Assembly (NCBI GenBank): GCA_038087875.1
Contig: CM075991.1
Span: forward strand, 6,324,001 to 6,388,000
From: Malacoraja senta
Lineage: Eukaryota
Reading direction: 5' to 3'
Length of the DNA stretch: 64,000 bases
Shown piece by piece: positions 37,586-50,132 of this stretch (position 1 is the stretch's first letter; every line of letters starts with the position of its first letter). The position numbers were made by a program, and so were the translations under genes. The notes beneath the pieces are model-generated. The model saw nothing but the letters and a program-made list of their open reading frames with translations, did not search any database and was not told the DNA's origin.

Positions 37586-38849
37586 GCAAGTCAGGGCCTT
37601 AAGTGAAACACTAGCCATTTCTGAACATTATAGTTTCAGACAATGACTCAAGATAGACACAAAATGCTGGAATATCTAAACGGGACAGGCAGCATCTCTG
37701 GAGAGAAGGAATGGGTGACGTTACTGGTCGAGAATAATAATAACTCAAGACTGTTCTTGCTTGAACAACAATGGAATGGTTGGCACAACAATGGAATGAT
37801 TGACAGGAGATGGCTCCTGCCTGGTCAATGTCTGGCCACACCGATAGCTTTTGGGAAGTCTGACCATACCTATAGATTCTACCTTTACATACTCTGGATT
37901 TTACTCAGCGATCTCTTCCATCTGTGACCAAGAAATGTCACTTTCATGAGAAAATCCCTGACATAACTGGGAAGAGAGGAATTAGAAAAAACCCAAAGTC
38001 TAATTTTTATGGCCGATATTCCTATTAGCAACATTAGCAACAACTTTGTGAGTTTTGAGTCTGTGGAGTTCTCTGTCTCAGAGGGCGGTGGAGGCAGGTT
38101 CTCTGGATTACTTTCAAGAGAGAGCTAGATAGGGCTCTTAAAGATATCGGAGTCAAGGGATATGGGAGAAGGCAGGAACGGGGTACTGATTGGGGATGAT
38201 CAGCCATGATCACATTGAATGGCAGTGCTGGCTCGAAGGGCCGAATGGCCTACTCCTGCACCTATTGTCTATTGTCTATTGTCTATTGTCTAAATGGATA
38301 CATTTCGCTAATGTAAAAATAGTAAAATGCTCTATGGTTATGCTGACATATTAATGTGTAGTGCACACATAGACCTAAAGGAAGATGTTGCCACTTTAAT
38401 GAACAGGATATCTGCGGAAATGACGCGGTACAATGCTGAGAACTATATTCTGCACTCTGTATCTTCCGCTTTGCTCTATCTATTCACTTGACCTTGACGT
38501 GATTGTATTTAGGTATCATATTATCTGATCTGATTGGATCAGCTTTTGCTTGTACATTGGTACACTTAACAATAATGAACTTAAAGCTATTGTTTTTTTT
38601 AGGATTTGAATAATATGAATTAGCAGGTTAGTTTGTATAAGAAGAAGTGATGTTCATTTATAAAGGGAACCAGGCCATTGTTAGGGTACATGACAAAACT
38701 GTTTTATTCAATTGTTTAAGCCCTGTTATTAAACAAACTGAACCAATTACTGAGTAATCGTCATCTAATAGGCCAGTACCTGAAGGAGCTACTGAGGGGA
38801 AACTGTCTACAGTCTGTACAAAGATGAGAGTTTTATCAGGGAAGCCTCA

Positions 38850-39106
38850 AGGGCCTGTCCCACTTTCACGACCTAATTCACGACCTCTGCCGAGTTTGCC
38901 CTTGACTCATACTCACAGCATGGTCGTCACGAGGTCATAGGAGGTCGTAGGTAGGTCGTAGGAGGTCGTAGGTAGGTCGTAGCAGGCCGTGATGCTAGTC
39001 GTAGGTACTCATGGCATCAAGTAGGTCGGGGCGTTTTTTCAACATGATGAAAAATGTCCACGAGTAAAAAAGGTCCTGAATTAGGTCGTGAAAGTGGGAC
39101 AGCCCT
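38850..39106. mobile_element. Harbinger-like MITE, family A copy
   Basis: Same TIR and internal (GGTCGTAGG)n repeats as 14693-14940. Confidence 0.8.
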
Positions 39107-39589
39107 TAAAGCAGTTAAAATGATCGTTTCAACATATGCCTAGTTCTGTCTGCATCCTCGGGATTCGTGTCATCATGTGAGCCCCACCAGTAGATTTTAG
39201 TTTAAATTTAGTTTGGAGATTAGTTTTTAGACTGGCTTGATCCTGTACCTCATTTATTTTGCAGTTTTCACTTGGTATTTCATATCTGATCGATATGAGT
39301 ATGTTGTTACTTGGGTCCCTAGTTTTACCTAAAGACCAAGCGAAAATTTCACAGGTATAAAACTCGGCAGTGAAATGACTCAAGATAGACATAAAGCGGT
39401 GGAGCAACTCAGCGGGTCAGGCAGCATCTCTGGAGAAACCCTTCTTCAGACTGAATGTAGAGGGGGGAGGGGAGGGAACTAGGGGTTGGAGAAAGTCAGA
39501 AGAAATTGGCTCATGGCAACAGATGACCAAGGAAGTGTGGGGTCCATAATGGGCCAACAAAAGATGACCAAGGAAGGGTGGAGTCCATA

Positions 39590-40130
39590 ATAATAATAAT
39601 AATACATTTTATTTATATAGCGCTTTTCAAGGACTCAAAGTCGCTTTACATTGAGAGTCAAAAAAAACCAAAGCAAAATAGAACAGTAAGACAGAGATGC
39701 AAAGGGGAGGGGGACATGGAACTAAGGGTATGCAGAGGTGAAGAGATGGGTCTTGAGGCGGGACTGGAGGATGGTGAGGGACTCAGAATTTCGGATCAGT
39801 TGTGGGAGGGAGTTCCAGAGCCTGGGAGCTGCCCTGGAGAAGGCTCTGTTTCCAAAAGTGCAGAGGTTGGATTTCGGAATGGAGAGGAGACCGGCTGATG
39901 TGGATCTGAGGGACCGTGAGGGTTGGTAGGGGGAGAGGAGGTCAGTGAGATAAGGGAGGGCCAAGTGGTTGAGGGCTTTGTTGGTGAGGACCAGGATTTT
40001 GTAGATGATCCGGTGGGAAATGGGAAGCCAGTGGAGTTCTTTGAGAACTGGGGTGATGTGGTGCCAGGATTTGGTGTGGGTGATGAGTCGGGCGGCTGCA
40101 TTCTGGACCAGTTGGAGTTGGTTGATGTTG
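39590..40130 (-). mobile_element. L2-clade LINE 3' fragment, same family as 19523-20014
   Basis: LQLVQNAAARLITHTKSWHHITPVLKELHWLP..., nearly the same peptide as the 19.5 kb copy. Confidence 0.85.
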
Positions 40131-40131
40131 G

Positions 40132-40516
40132 TGACCAAGGAGGGTGGGATCCATAATGGGCCAACAAAAGGACCAAGGAAGGGTGGGGTCCATAATGGGC
40201 CAACAAAAGATGACCAAGGAAGGGTGGGGTCCATAATGGGCCAGTACCAGATGACCAAGGAAGGGTGGAGTCCTAAATGGGCCAACAAAAGATGACCAAG
40301 GAAGGGTGGGGTCCATAATGGGCCAACAAAAGATGACCAAGGAAGGGTGGGGTCCATAATGGGCCAGTAACAGATGACCAAGGAAGGGTGGAGTCCTAAA
40401 TGGGCCAACAAAAGATGACCAAGGAAGGGTGGGGTCCATAATGGGCCAGCAACAGATGACCAAGGAAGGGTGGGGTCCATAATGGGCCAGCAACAGATGA
40501 ACAAGGAAGGGTGGAG
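40132..40516 (+). repeat. 41-bp minisatellite (GACCAAGGAAGGGTGGGGTCCATAATGGGCCAACAAAAGAT), about 9 units, plus about 2 units at 39520-39590
   Basis: GACCAAGG recurs at 40171, 40212, 40253 and 40294 (period 41). Confidence 0.92.
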
Positions 40517-40632
40517 GTCATTGAGCTGGAGAGGAGTAAGAATCACAGAGGAGGAGCAGTGAGAGTCTCGCAGAACTCTCGCCTAAGAAATGTCGCACAG
40601 TGAAATGACTCAACCTTTTTGTTTTGTGACAG

Positions 40633-40817
40633 GAGCACCGCAGATTCAGAAACTGATGACTGTGATGATCAGCAACCATGATGAACTATTCCCGAAGCAC
40701 AAGGATAAACCGCCTTCCCCTTCGGCGTCAGACAACAAGAAAGCTTCCGTCCAGCGAAGCATGGTTGGCTGGGGAGCTTCAGAGATTGACGAAGGATCCA
40801 TGACCGATGCTTACAGG
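40633..40817 (+). CDS. ARHGAP25: ARHGAP25 exon 9 (APQIQKLMTVMISNHDELFPKHKD...RSMVGWG...AYR)
   Basis: TTGTGACAG acceptor; end of RhoGAP domain; donor AGG|GTATAA; 185 nt. Confidence 0.88.
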
Positions 40818-43123
40818 GTATAATTGTCTAAGATCTGCATCAATAACCAGCCGACTATAATCATTCTGAATCACCATCAGTAGTCCAACACTCTCACATC
40901 AGGTTCTTTGTCAACAACTACTATTTAGTTAGTGATGATAGACACAAAGTGCTGGAGTAACTCCAAGGGTCAGGCAGCATCTCTGGAGAAGAGGTATGGG
41001 TGATGTTTCGAGTTGGAACCCTTCTTCTGACCCTATTGACTGAAGAAGGGTTCCGACCCGAAACATTACCCATCCTTTTTCTCCAGAGATGCTGCCTGAC
41101 ATGCTGAGTTACTCCTACAGTTTGTGTCTATCTTTGGTATAAGCCAGCGTCAGCAGTTCCTTCCTAACATTGAGTTGGTGATTTTGGTCAGATAGCAAAA
41201 TGGTCCAATTTTTTCAGTTCGAAGAAACAGCCAAAATTTGACATTTTCTGAAAATTTAGTCAAAAGAGGTAGGTTGTGGGAAGCATGTTTGGGAGGAGTG
41301 GCGAGGCCAAGATCTAGAAGAGAGGTCCAAAGCCTGAACCCTAGATTGCTGATTGCCTCGTAGATATGAGGAACCCACCAACACTATCTGTCTTGACTCT
41401 TGCAGGGAATATAGGGCGTTGTCATCAACTAGCCCATTGCCAGCTGACCAGCAGCACAATTTCAATCAGCTGTAAAATGAATTGGCTAATGCTTCCAGGT
41501 TGTAGACTCAAAAGAGAAATCCAACTTGTCCTTGGTTAGGCAAACTAAGCTAACGGTACTCAGCACTGAACGTGAGCCATTGATGGTCTGTGAGGTCAAG
41601 AACGTTGACAGAAAGAAAGAACTAAGCAAATGCCAGAAGGTGTGCTGGGATCGACCAAGTCGGTGACTGGTCTGTAATCTTTTCACTCACACATTTGCCT
41701 CCATATATTTGTGAATTCAGCCAACATTTGTAACAACACGGACATGAAAAGAAGAAGAAGTCAGTGGGCATTGGGAAACATATCAAGGTGATAATATGCA
41801 ATCCAGTTAAGGGGTTATCCAGTTCAGTGGGAACACTCTTGGCTCCGATTCAGAAGTCATGGGTTTGAGTCCAACTCCAGGGTCTTGGGGACATAATCCA
41901 AGCCAATGAAAGAACCGAGTGAAAGAACTGTTTTCTTTCATACAAGATGATAAGGCAGAGATAGATAGATTCTTGATTAGTACGGGTGTCAGAGGTTATG
42001 GGGAAAAGGCAGGAGAATGGGGTTAGGAGGGAGAGATAGATCAGGCATGATTGAATGGTGGAGTAGACTTGATGGGCCGAATGGTCTAATGCTACTCCTG
42101 TTCATTATGACCTTGTGACCTTATAATTCAAAACCATGTCTGCCCCCTCTGGCAGGAGCAAAAGATCCTTGAAGTTATGTTGGAGATGATTGGGTTGACC
42201 TATGAGGAGTGTTTGACGGCTCTGGGCCTGTTCTCACCGGAGTTTAGAAGGATGAGTGGGGATCTCATTGAAACCTGCCAAATAATGAAAGGCATGGATA
42301 GAGTGGATTTGGAGAGGATATTTCCATTGATGGGAGAGTTTGGGACCTAAGGGAACAGCCTCAGAATAAAAAGAATGGAGATGAGGAGGATTTTTTTAGC
42401 CAGAGGATGATGAATCTGTGTAATTCATTGCCACAGACAGCAGCAGAGGCCAATACATTGGATACTTTTAAAGTGGAGTTTGATGGGTTCTTGATTAGTA
42501 AGAGTGTCAAAGATTATGGGGAGAAGGCAAGAGAGTGGGGTTGAGAGGGAAAATAGATCAGCCATGATTGAATGGCAGGGCAGAATTAATGGACGGAATG
42601 GCCCAATTCTGTTTCTTTGTCTTATGGTCTGATGGTCTAATTGGATAATTATCCCTGCAGTACAGGCCATGCTTACAACATCAGTGCAAAATTAGATTTC
42701 AAATGGTGTTTCGATACAGCTGTCTGTTCCACTTACATCGATACTATCCTATCCTCCCTTGTCCAATCCCTTCCAACCTATGTCCTGGACATCTTGCACG
42801 CCCTTCAGCTCTTATAAATTAATAAGTTCTAGGAGCAAAATTAGGCCATTTGGCCCATCAAGTCTACTCCGCCATTCAATCATGGCTGATCTATCTTTCC
42901 CTCACATCCCCATTCTCCTGCCTTCTCCCCATAACCCCTGACTCCTGTACTAATCAAGAATCTTTCAATCTCCGCCTTCTAAATATCCATTGAATTGGCC
43001 TCCACGGCCACCTGTGGCAATGAATTCCACAGATTCCCTACCTTTTATCATTAATATAAATGTAAATGTTTATTTCTAAGCGAAACACTAATAGTATTTA
43101 CAATAATTTCTTTATGTCCCTAG

Positions 43124-43671
43124 TCCAGCCAAGTTGATGAGATTGGCTTCACATTGGAGAGTGATTTTGACAGCTTGAATGTATGCCCCAGGAAAAGGAC
43201 TCAGACACTTCCAGCCAGTAGCTGCATCGTGAGTTCAGCTGGAGAGATGTCCCACAGTGTTATTGCAGGCAGTTCTGGTGCTGACCTCTTCGACAAACGC
43301 AAGTCCTTCCAAGACAATATCACTGAGGGACACAAAAGGAGTTACTCCCAGGACATTATGAAGACTCCCGCTCATGATACCATGATACATCCTGACGATT
43401 CCCAGAGAAAGGACTCAGCAAAATCAGAGTGGCCTCCCGAACAGAGTACGTTACCCAACGTGGAACCGGGGAGTCCTGGTAACCCATGCCTCAAGGTAAG
43501 TCAGTACCTCTCTACAAACACCCAAAAGGACCAGTCAAAGGGGGACAGAAAAGAGGAAGAAGCAGAGTTGGATGTGAGAGAAATGAGCATGGAACAACTT
43601 CGGAGCCAACTTATCGGATTAAGACAGGAGCTAAAGGAGCAGAAGCAGAGCTACGAGGAGAGAATTGAAAG
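43124..43671 (+). CDS. ARHGAP25: ARHGAP25 exon 10, linker and coiled-coil start (RKRTQTLP...EGHKRSYSQD...LRQELKEQKQSYEERIE)
   Basis: TCCCTAG acceptor in frame with ORF 43154..43675; family motifs RKRTQTLP and EGH.R..SQD; donor AG|GTAAGC. Confidence 0.9.
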
Positions 43672-43895
43672 GTAAGCTTCTGTTACAACCGGCTGAGTTT
43701 TCCAAACCAGAAAGACACAAAATGCTGGAGTAACTCAGCATTTCTGGAGAACATGGATAGGTGACATTTTGGGTTGAGACCCTTCTTCAGACTCTGTCCC
43801 TTCCCGAAACATCACCTATCCATGTTCTCCAGAGATGCCGAATTACCCCGGCATTTTGTGTTGTTTTATGTAAACCAGCATCTGCCGTTCCTTAT

Positions 43896-44418
43896 TTGCT
43901 ATTGAGGGAGTGCAGCGTAGGTTTACAAGGTTAATTCCCGGGATGGCCGGACTGTCATATTCTGAGAGAATGGAGCAAGTAAGCTTGTACACTCTGGAGT
44001 TTAGAAGGATGAGAGGGGATCTCATTGAAACATATAAGATTGTTAAGGGTTTGGACACGCTAGAGGCAGGAAACATGTTCCCGATGTTGGAGGAGTCCAG
44101 AACCAGAGGCCACAGTTTAAGAATAAGGGGTAAGCCATTTAGAACGGAGATGAGGAAACACTTTTTCTCACAGAGAGTGGTGAGTCTGTGGAATTCTCTG
44201 CCTCAGAGGGTGGTGGAGGCAGGTTCTCTGGATGCTTTCAAGAGAGAGCTAGATTGGGCTCTTAAAAATAGCGGAGTCAGGGGATATGGGGAGAAGGCAG
44301 GAACGGGGTACTGATTGGGAATGATCAGCCATGATCACATTGAATGGCGGTGCTGGCTCGAAGGGCCGAATGACCTACTCCTGCAACTATTGTTTATTGT
44401 CTATTGTCTATTGTCTAT
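43896..44418 (+). mobile_element. CR1 LINE 3' end
   Basis: ORF 43910..44314 is a CR1 ORF2 C-terminus; (CTATTGT)n tail. Confidence 0.85.
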
Positions 44419-44465
44419 TATTGCTACTTTTCCAAGGTAGATTTGGCTTAGTGGGCAGTACTCTA

Positions 44466-44745
44466 AGTACCAAAATACATTTCTGATCTTCTGCTTAACT
44501 ACGAACCACCCAGACCTCTCAGATTGTCTGGGACAGGTCTGCTCTGTGTCCCCAGAGTCAGAACTAAACATGGAGAGGCAGCATTTAGTTTTTATGCACC
44601 ACATATCTGGAACAAACTCCCAGAAAACTGCAGGTCTGCTGCAACTCTCAGCTCTTTTAAATCTAGGCTGAAGACTTTTCTGTTTGCCGCTGGGTTGAAA
44701 AGTGCTATACAAATAAACTTGCCTTGCCTTGCCTTGCCTTGCCTT
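44466..44745 (+). mobile_element. Short L2-clade 3' fragment
   Basis: GTGLL.VPRVRTKHGEAAFSFYAPHIWNKLP...FKSRLKTFLF; (CTTGC)n tail. Confidence 0.7.
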
Positions 44746-46099
44746 ACTCTCCACCCTGAACTAGAATGTTCCCTGTTCGAGTCCCTTTCCAGCCTGTAGC
44801 TCAAGTTTCTATTCCAGTACTGAGGATGGGCAGCACTGTTGTAGATGAAATACCAAAGATCCCGCAACACTACTTGGATAAAGAGCAGCATAATTATATC
44901 TAGAGATCTGGCCAATATTCAAACTGCTATTAAGGCATCTAAAAATAGATCTGAGCATTATTGCATTGTGCGTAGGAGCCTGCTGTTTGCAATTTAGCTG
45001 TTGAAATTCATAGCCTACAGCAGCAGATACAGTTCAAAAACCTCATGTGGTATAAAGTATTATAGACCATACTGAGTGGGTTACCGAAATTCAAATCTTT
45101 CTTTCAACTTCTCCGCAAGTTTGCAAGCGTTTAATGGGTAGAGTCGGTAAGTAGGGATTATGGAATAAAGACAGAAAATGGAACAGGAACGAAGAAAGAG
45201 GTAGCCAGAGAAACAGAGATATGGCTTCAGATCCTTGATCTTCTTCAATGTTAAACTAGTGCCATTTTCAAATAATTCCAATATTCGTGCACTATTTCAA
45301 TAATAATTCAAATATGTAAACAACAGGAGTGGGGCTTTTAATGTAATACTGTAATACTGTATTTTTTCCCAAAGTGTGTCTTTGGGAAATTTCCAAATTT
45401 GAACCACATGGATTGCCTAAAGAGAGAAAATAAAGAATAGTAATAAAGGGGCCATTCTTAGTTGACACACTATTGTTAGTGCGGTGTCCCAGGATTGAGG
45501 ACTGGGCCCTTGGATGGTTTTAATTTGTATAAAAGAGCTATAAAAGATTTAACTATCCAGCAAAGAGAGCAATAACCACGAGAACTGTCAACATAAATTC
45601 CCCCTTTTATCCCTGAGCCTTGTAAATCTAAGAACATAACAGAAGTAATCTACATTCACATAATGTCAATATCTGAAGAAAGACTGAAGAAGGGTCTCGA
45701 CGTCACCCATGTATTCTATTCAGAGATGCTGCCTGTCCCACTGTGTTACTCCAGCATTTTGTGTCTATCTTCGGTAAACCCACGCCTGCAGGTCCATCCT
45801 ATACATTCTTAACGAAACATCCTGAAGCATTTCTCGGAGATGATTATCAAGCAGAATTTGTCGATCTGCCACAAGAGGAGACAACAGATAAGACAACCAA
45901 AGCAATAACAGAGAGGCGGAATAATTTCAAGACCTATGGTGTTAATAGCTAAAGGAACAGCTGTCCATTGTTGAGTTCTGTAGGGTGTGCGACTGCAAGG
46001 GACTGCAAGGTAACACAGAATGAGAACTTTGGTGATAAGTGGCAAATAGCACATCTAACACATCCATTTGCATGGTTCATTTTGCATCTATTTTCTTTC

Positions 46100-49000
46100 T
46101 CATTAGATGGTACACCAGGTTCATCATCAGTCCCGTTAGATGGTACATTGTGTGCCTGTCGTCACTTTAGTTAGGTGCTTCACTGCATCATGCTGTCAAT
46201 TCTGCTAGATGGGGTACTGAGTATCTCCATCAATCCTGTGAAGGTGCACTGTGCTTCAATCAATCCCTTAAGATGCTGCAGTGTTGTGTCTACTTCCATT
46301 CCTCTCAGATATTGCTCTGGGCACATACCTTCGATCCTGTTAAATGGTTCATTATGAGACTACCATCAATTCTGTGAGAGTGTGTAGTGCGTGACAGCTA
46401 TTCATGTTGTTAGGCAAAGCCCAGCATCAGTTCTGTCAGAGAATCTACCGAGTATCTGCAATCGATCATGAATTCTATTAGTCCTGATGGAGGATGCACT
46501 GTGTGACTATCGTTAATCCATTAGCCACTCCATTTATGTCAACGATCAGACATTTCACATAGTATCTACTACAGAACATTAATACAGAACATTGTTGAAA
46601 CAATATCTGTTTGCTTTGAACTGAGATTTTAAAAAAGCAGCATACTCCCAGCCAACAATGATCTATTATAGATTTTCCTTGATTTCTATTCCCTTTGTCC
46701 TATTTTCACACCTTACACTTCCTTATCTATGTTTCCCCTCTTCCATGTTTCCTCGGCTTCCCCTCTCCTCTGACGTCAGCCTGAAGAAGGGCCTCGACCC
46801 GAAACGTCACCCATTCCTTCTCTCCAGAGATGCTGCCTGTAGTAAAAAATGCTGGAGAAACTCAGCGGGTGAGGCAGCATCTATGGAGCGAAGGAAATAG
46901 GAAACGTTTCGGGTCGAGACCCTTCTTCAGAAAGAAGAACACAGTGCATCATCTGTTTAGAACTGGTGGTGGATTTAAGGCAACTTCTAACAATTTTGAT
47001 GGCATATACCTAGTACAACATTCAGCAGAATTGACAGTAGAAATGCAGTCTCCCTTCTAACAGAAGTGACAATAGATACAGTATACCATATTTAGACACA
47101 AAAATTCTGGAGTCACTCTGGAAAGAAGGAATGGGTGAGGTTTCGAGTCGATACCCTTCTTCCGACTTGAACCGAAACGTCACCCATTCCTTCTCTCCAG
47201 AGATGCTGCCTGTCCCGCTGAGTTACTCCAGTATTTTGTGTCTATCTTCAGTTTAAACCAACATCTGCAGTTCCTTCCTACACATTGATGCACTGGTTGC
47301 CTGCTGTTAATCCTGTTGGATGATGCACTGTGTGATTAGGATCAGTCATGTTCGATATGGCACTATGTTTCCTCCACCAGCCTTATTAAATGGTCCGTTG
47401 CGTATCTATCATCGATCTTATCAGACGGCACATCATCAGTCCTGTCAGAAAACGCACTGTGTACTTACTATGAACCTGGCTAAATAGTGTTTGCCATCCA
47501 ATCGATAAGGTCAAGAGAGTCAACAGTCAAGAGTGTTGTATTGTATTGTATTGTATTGTATATCTTTATTGTTATTTCCTGAGTATTCGCATACCCAGAG
47601 GAAACAAAAAAACGTTCCTCAACCAGTGTCCATTTCAGTGTGTGCAGTAAAAAATAAATAGAAGTAAAAATACATATATCATGAACAATTAACACTCTAC
47701 TCTACTAAACATCAACAGGCGTTCCGATCGGCAGCGGCACGACAGTGGCTCTGCTGCAGTGTGTCCAGGTTGGTGGTTGGTGCACGATACTTTGGCAGGG
47801 GACAAAGTCCGTTTATCAGTCTTATAACCTGCGGGAAGAAGCTGAGGGGCATCCTGCTGGTTTTGCACCTAATGCTCCGGTACCTCTTCCCAGATGGCAG
47901 AAGCAGAATAATGAAATTCTTACTTGCACTCTATGTCTAAATTGTGTTTTTACTGTCAATCTTGTTAGATGGTTCACTGTGTACCATCAGTTCCGATAAT
48001 TTTTTTTATTGTGTGTTGTCATCCATTCTGTTCAATTGCGCTTGACTGTCATTAAGAGTCTTATTTGGTGGCATTCTGCATTCCTATCACAGTAGTTGGT
48101 GCTCTTTATGTCATTAGATCTGTTTGATGGTGCACTCTGCATGTCCTCACACCCCTGTTAGTTGGCCTGCTATTTATCCACAATCAAACCTGTCAAAGGG
48201 TCCTGTTAAAGAGCACATTATGTGTCTAGTATCAGTCCCCGCACGTCATACTTGGAAATTGAAACAGTACATTAGAACACATGATACCCTCTGTACACTA
48301 TCAACCCCATCAGATAGTACAATGTATGTATATCATGAGTTCTGTTAGATGTGTTGGGAGGAACTGCAGATGCTGGTTTAAACCGAAGACAGACACAAAC
48401 ATGCTGGAGTAACTCAGCGGGTCAGGAAGCATCTCTGGAGAGAAGGAATAGGTGACGTTTTGGTTCGAGAGGGTCTCTCGACCCAAAGTTACTAAGATAC
48501 TCCAGCTTTTTGTGTTCTGTTGGATGGTGCACTGTACATCTATTATAAGATAGACACAAAATCCTGGCGTAACTCAGCGGAACATGCAGCACCTCTGGAG
48601 AGAAAGAATGGGTGACATTTCGGTTCAAGTCGGAAGAAGGGTATCGACTCGAAACCTCACCCATTCCTTCTTTCCAGAGTGACTCCAGAATTTTGTGTCT
48701 AAATAAAGTATACTGTATCTATTGTCACTTCTGTTGCCACTTCTGGCATTTCTACTGTCAATTCTGCTGAATATTGTACCAGGTATATGCCATCAAAATT
48801 GTTAGAAACTGCATTAAATCCACCACCAGTTCTAAACAGACGATGCACTGTGTACCCACTATCAGTTTTGGTAGTTGGTATATCATGTACTTACTGTCAA
48901 TCTTATGAAATGGTACACTGTGCATCTCCTATCAAACCTATTAGAGACCACGCTGTCCATTATTAAACCTATTAGATGGCGTGTGGGTGTCTACTTTAAA

Positions 49001-49440
49001 TTTGGGTTAATGTTCAATTGTTGACAGGCATATCTACTATCTCTCTTTTTCAGAAAAAACACTGTGTTTACGAGCAATACTGTTAGCTAGGGTTCTTTGT
49101 TTCTTTGGCCAGTGACCTGCTGTGTATCTACCATCAATCCTGTTAAATGTTGCACTGTCTACAATCAGTTCAGTTTTAGGATTCGTTATTGACTATCACT
49201 CCATAGTGCACTGTGTCTGAAATCTTTTGGATGGCGCACTGCAGATCAATCATGAATTGACTTAGATTGTGCACCATGTGTCATTCATGTGCCAGCAAAA
49301 TGGTGCCTGTATGCCAACTACCAAGTGATTACTACATGGGTGCTACCAATCCTGTTAGTTGGTGCACTTTGTATCACCCATCAGTTCTATAAGATGGCAC
49401 ATCCTGTATGTACCATCAGTTTTGTTACATGTTACACTGT
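46100..49440 (+). repeat. Degenerate ~35-bp tandem array (approximate consensus CTACCATCAATCCTGTTAGATGGTGCACTGTGTAT) interrupted by TEs
   Basis: Recurring ATCA.TCCTGTTAGATGGTGCACTG variants, e.g. at about 49355, 49390 and 49425. Confidence 0.7.
47535..47905 (-). mobile_element. Rex1/Babar-type 3' end, second family, (ATACA)n tail
   Basis: Minus strand encodes LLPSGKRYRSIRCKTSRMPLSFFPQVIRLIN. Confidence 0.7.
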
Positions 49441-49930
49441 CAGTCTGCAGCATACAACAGTTCAATAGACAATAGACAATAGGTGCAGGAGTAGGCCATT
49501 CGGCCATTCAAGCCTGCACCGCCATTCACAGTGATCATGGTTGATCATCCACAATCAGTACCCCGTTCCTGCCTTCTCCCCATATCCTCTGACTGCTATT
49601 TTTAAGAGCACTATCTAACTCTCTCTTTTGAAGAGGGAATTGGCCTCCACTGCCTTCTGAGACAGAGAATTCCACAGCTATCTAACTGGTCTAACTAGTG
49701 TGAATGGGTGATCGCTGGTCGGCACGGACTCAGTGGGCTGAAGGGCCCATTTCCACGCTGCACCTCTCAAGTCTAAAGTAAAGTCTAACTAATGTGAATG
49801 GGAGGTCAATAGACAGCGTGACTCGGTGGGCCGTAGGCCCTGTTTCCATGCTGTATCTCTAAACTAAATTAAAACTGTTATGGTCCACATTTTCATGCCC
49901 CTTACAAAATCAATGCACTTTTGTTTGCAG

Positions 49931-50132
49931 CGTTTTAACAGAGAATTACGAAGTTTGGGCTAAAGTGCTGCGACTCAATCAGCAGATGGAGGAAGACAAG
50001 AAGCAGTACAAAGCAATGGAAGTGAAGCTGTGTGACACTACGCGTGCACTAGAGGAGGCCGAGAAACGCAAGATGGGCTTGGAGAAGGAGCTGAAGGACT
50101 TCTTGCAGGCAAAGAACAAAGCCTCAGCTTAA
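49931..50132 (+). CDS. ARHGAP25: ARHGAP25 last coding exon, coiled coil (VLTENYEVWAKVLRLNQQMEEDKK...ELKDFLQAKNKASA*)
   Basis: TTTGCAG acceptor; ENY.VWAKV.RLN motif; stop TAA at 50130-50132. Confidence 0.92.

Larger units (their letters stand above)
696..50132 (+). other. ARHGAP25: ARHGAP25-like gene span (11 coding exons, about 647 aa if the exon 5 frameshift is corrected)
   Basis: N-terminus MSLKLPRNVWDFNLK matches my recollection of ARHGAP25 (MSLKLPRNWDFNLK). PH, RhoGAP and coiled-coil exons are in order. Summed coding exons = 1943 nt, 1 nt short of a whole number of codons. Confidence 0.93.

Noticed and set aside
40132..40516. CRISPR-like appearance of regular repeats
   Set aside because: Head-to-tail tandem units without unique spacers, no cas genes, eukaryotic context.
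39722..40546. 274-aa minus-strand ORF
   Set aside because: Chance fusion of translated 41-bp minisatellite and an L2 ORF2 C-terminus; not a gene.
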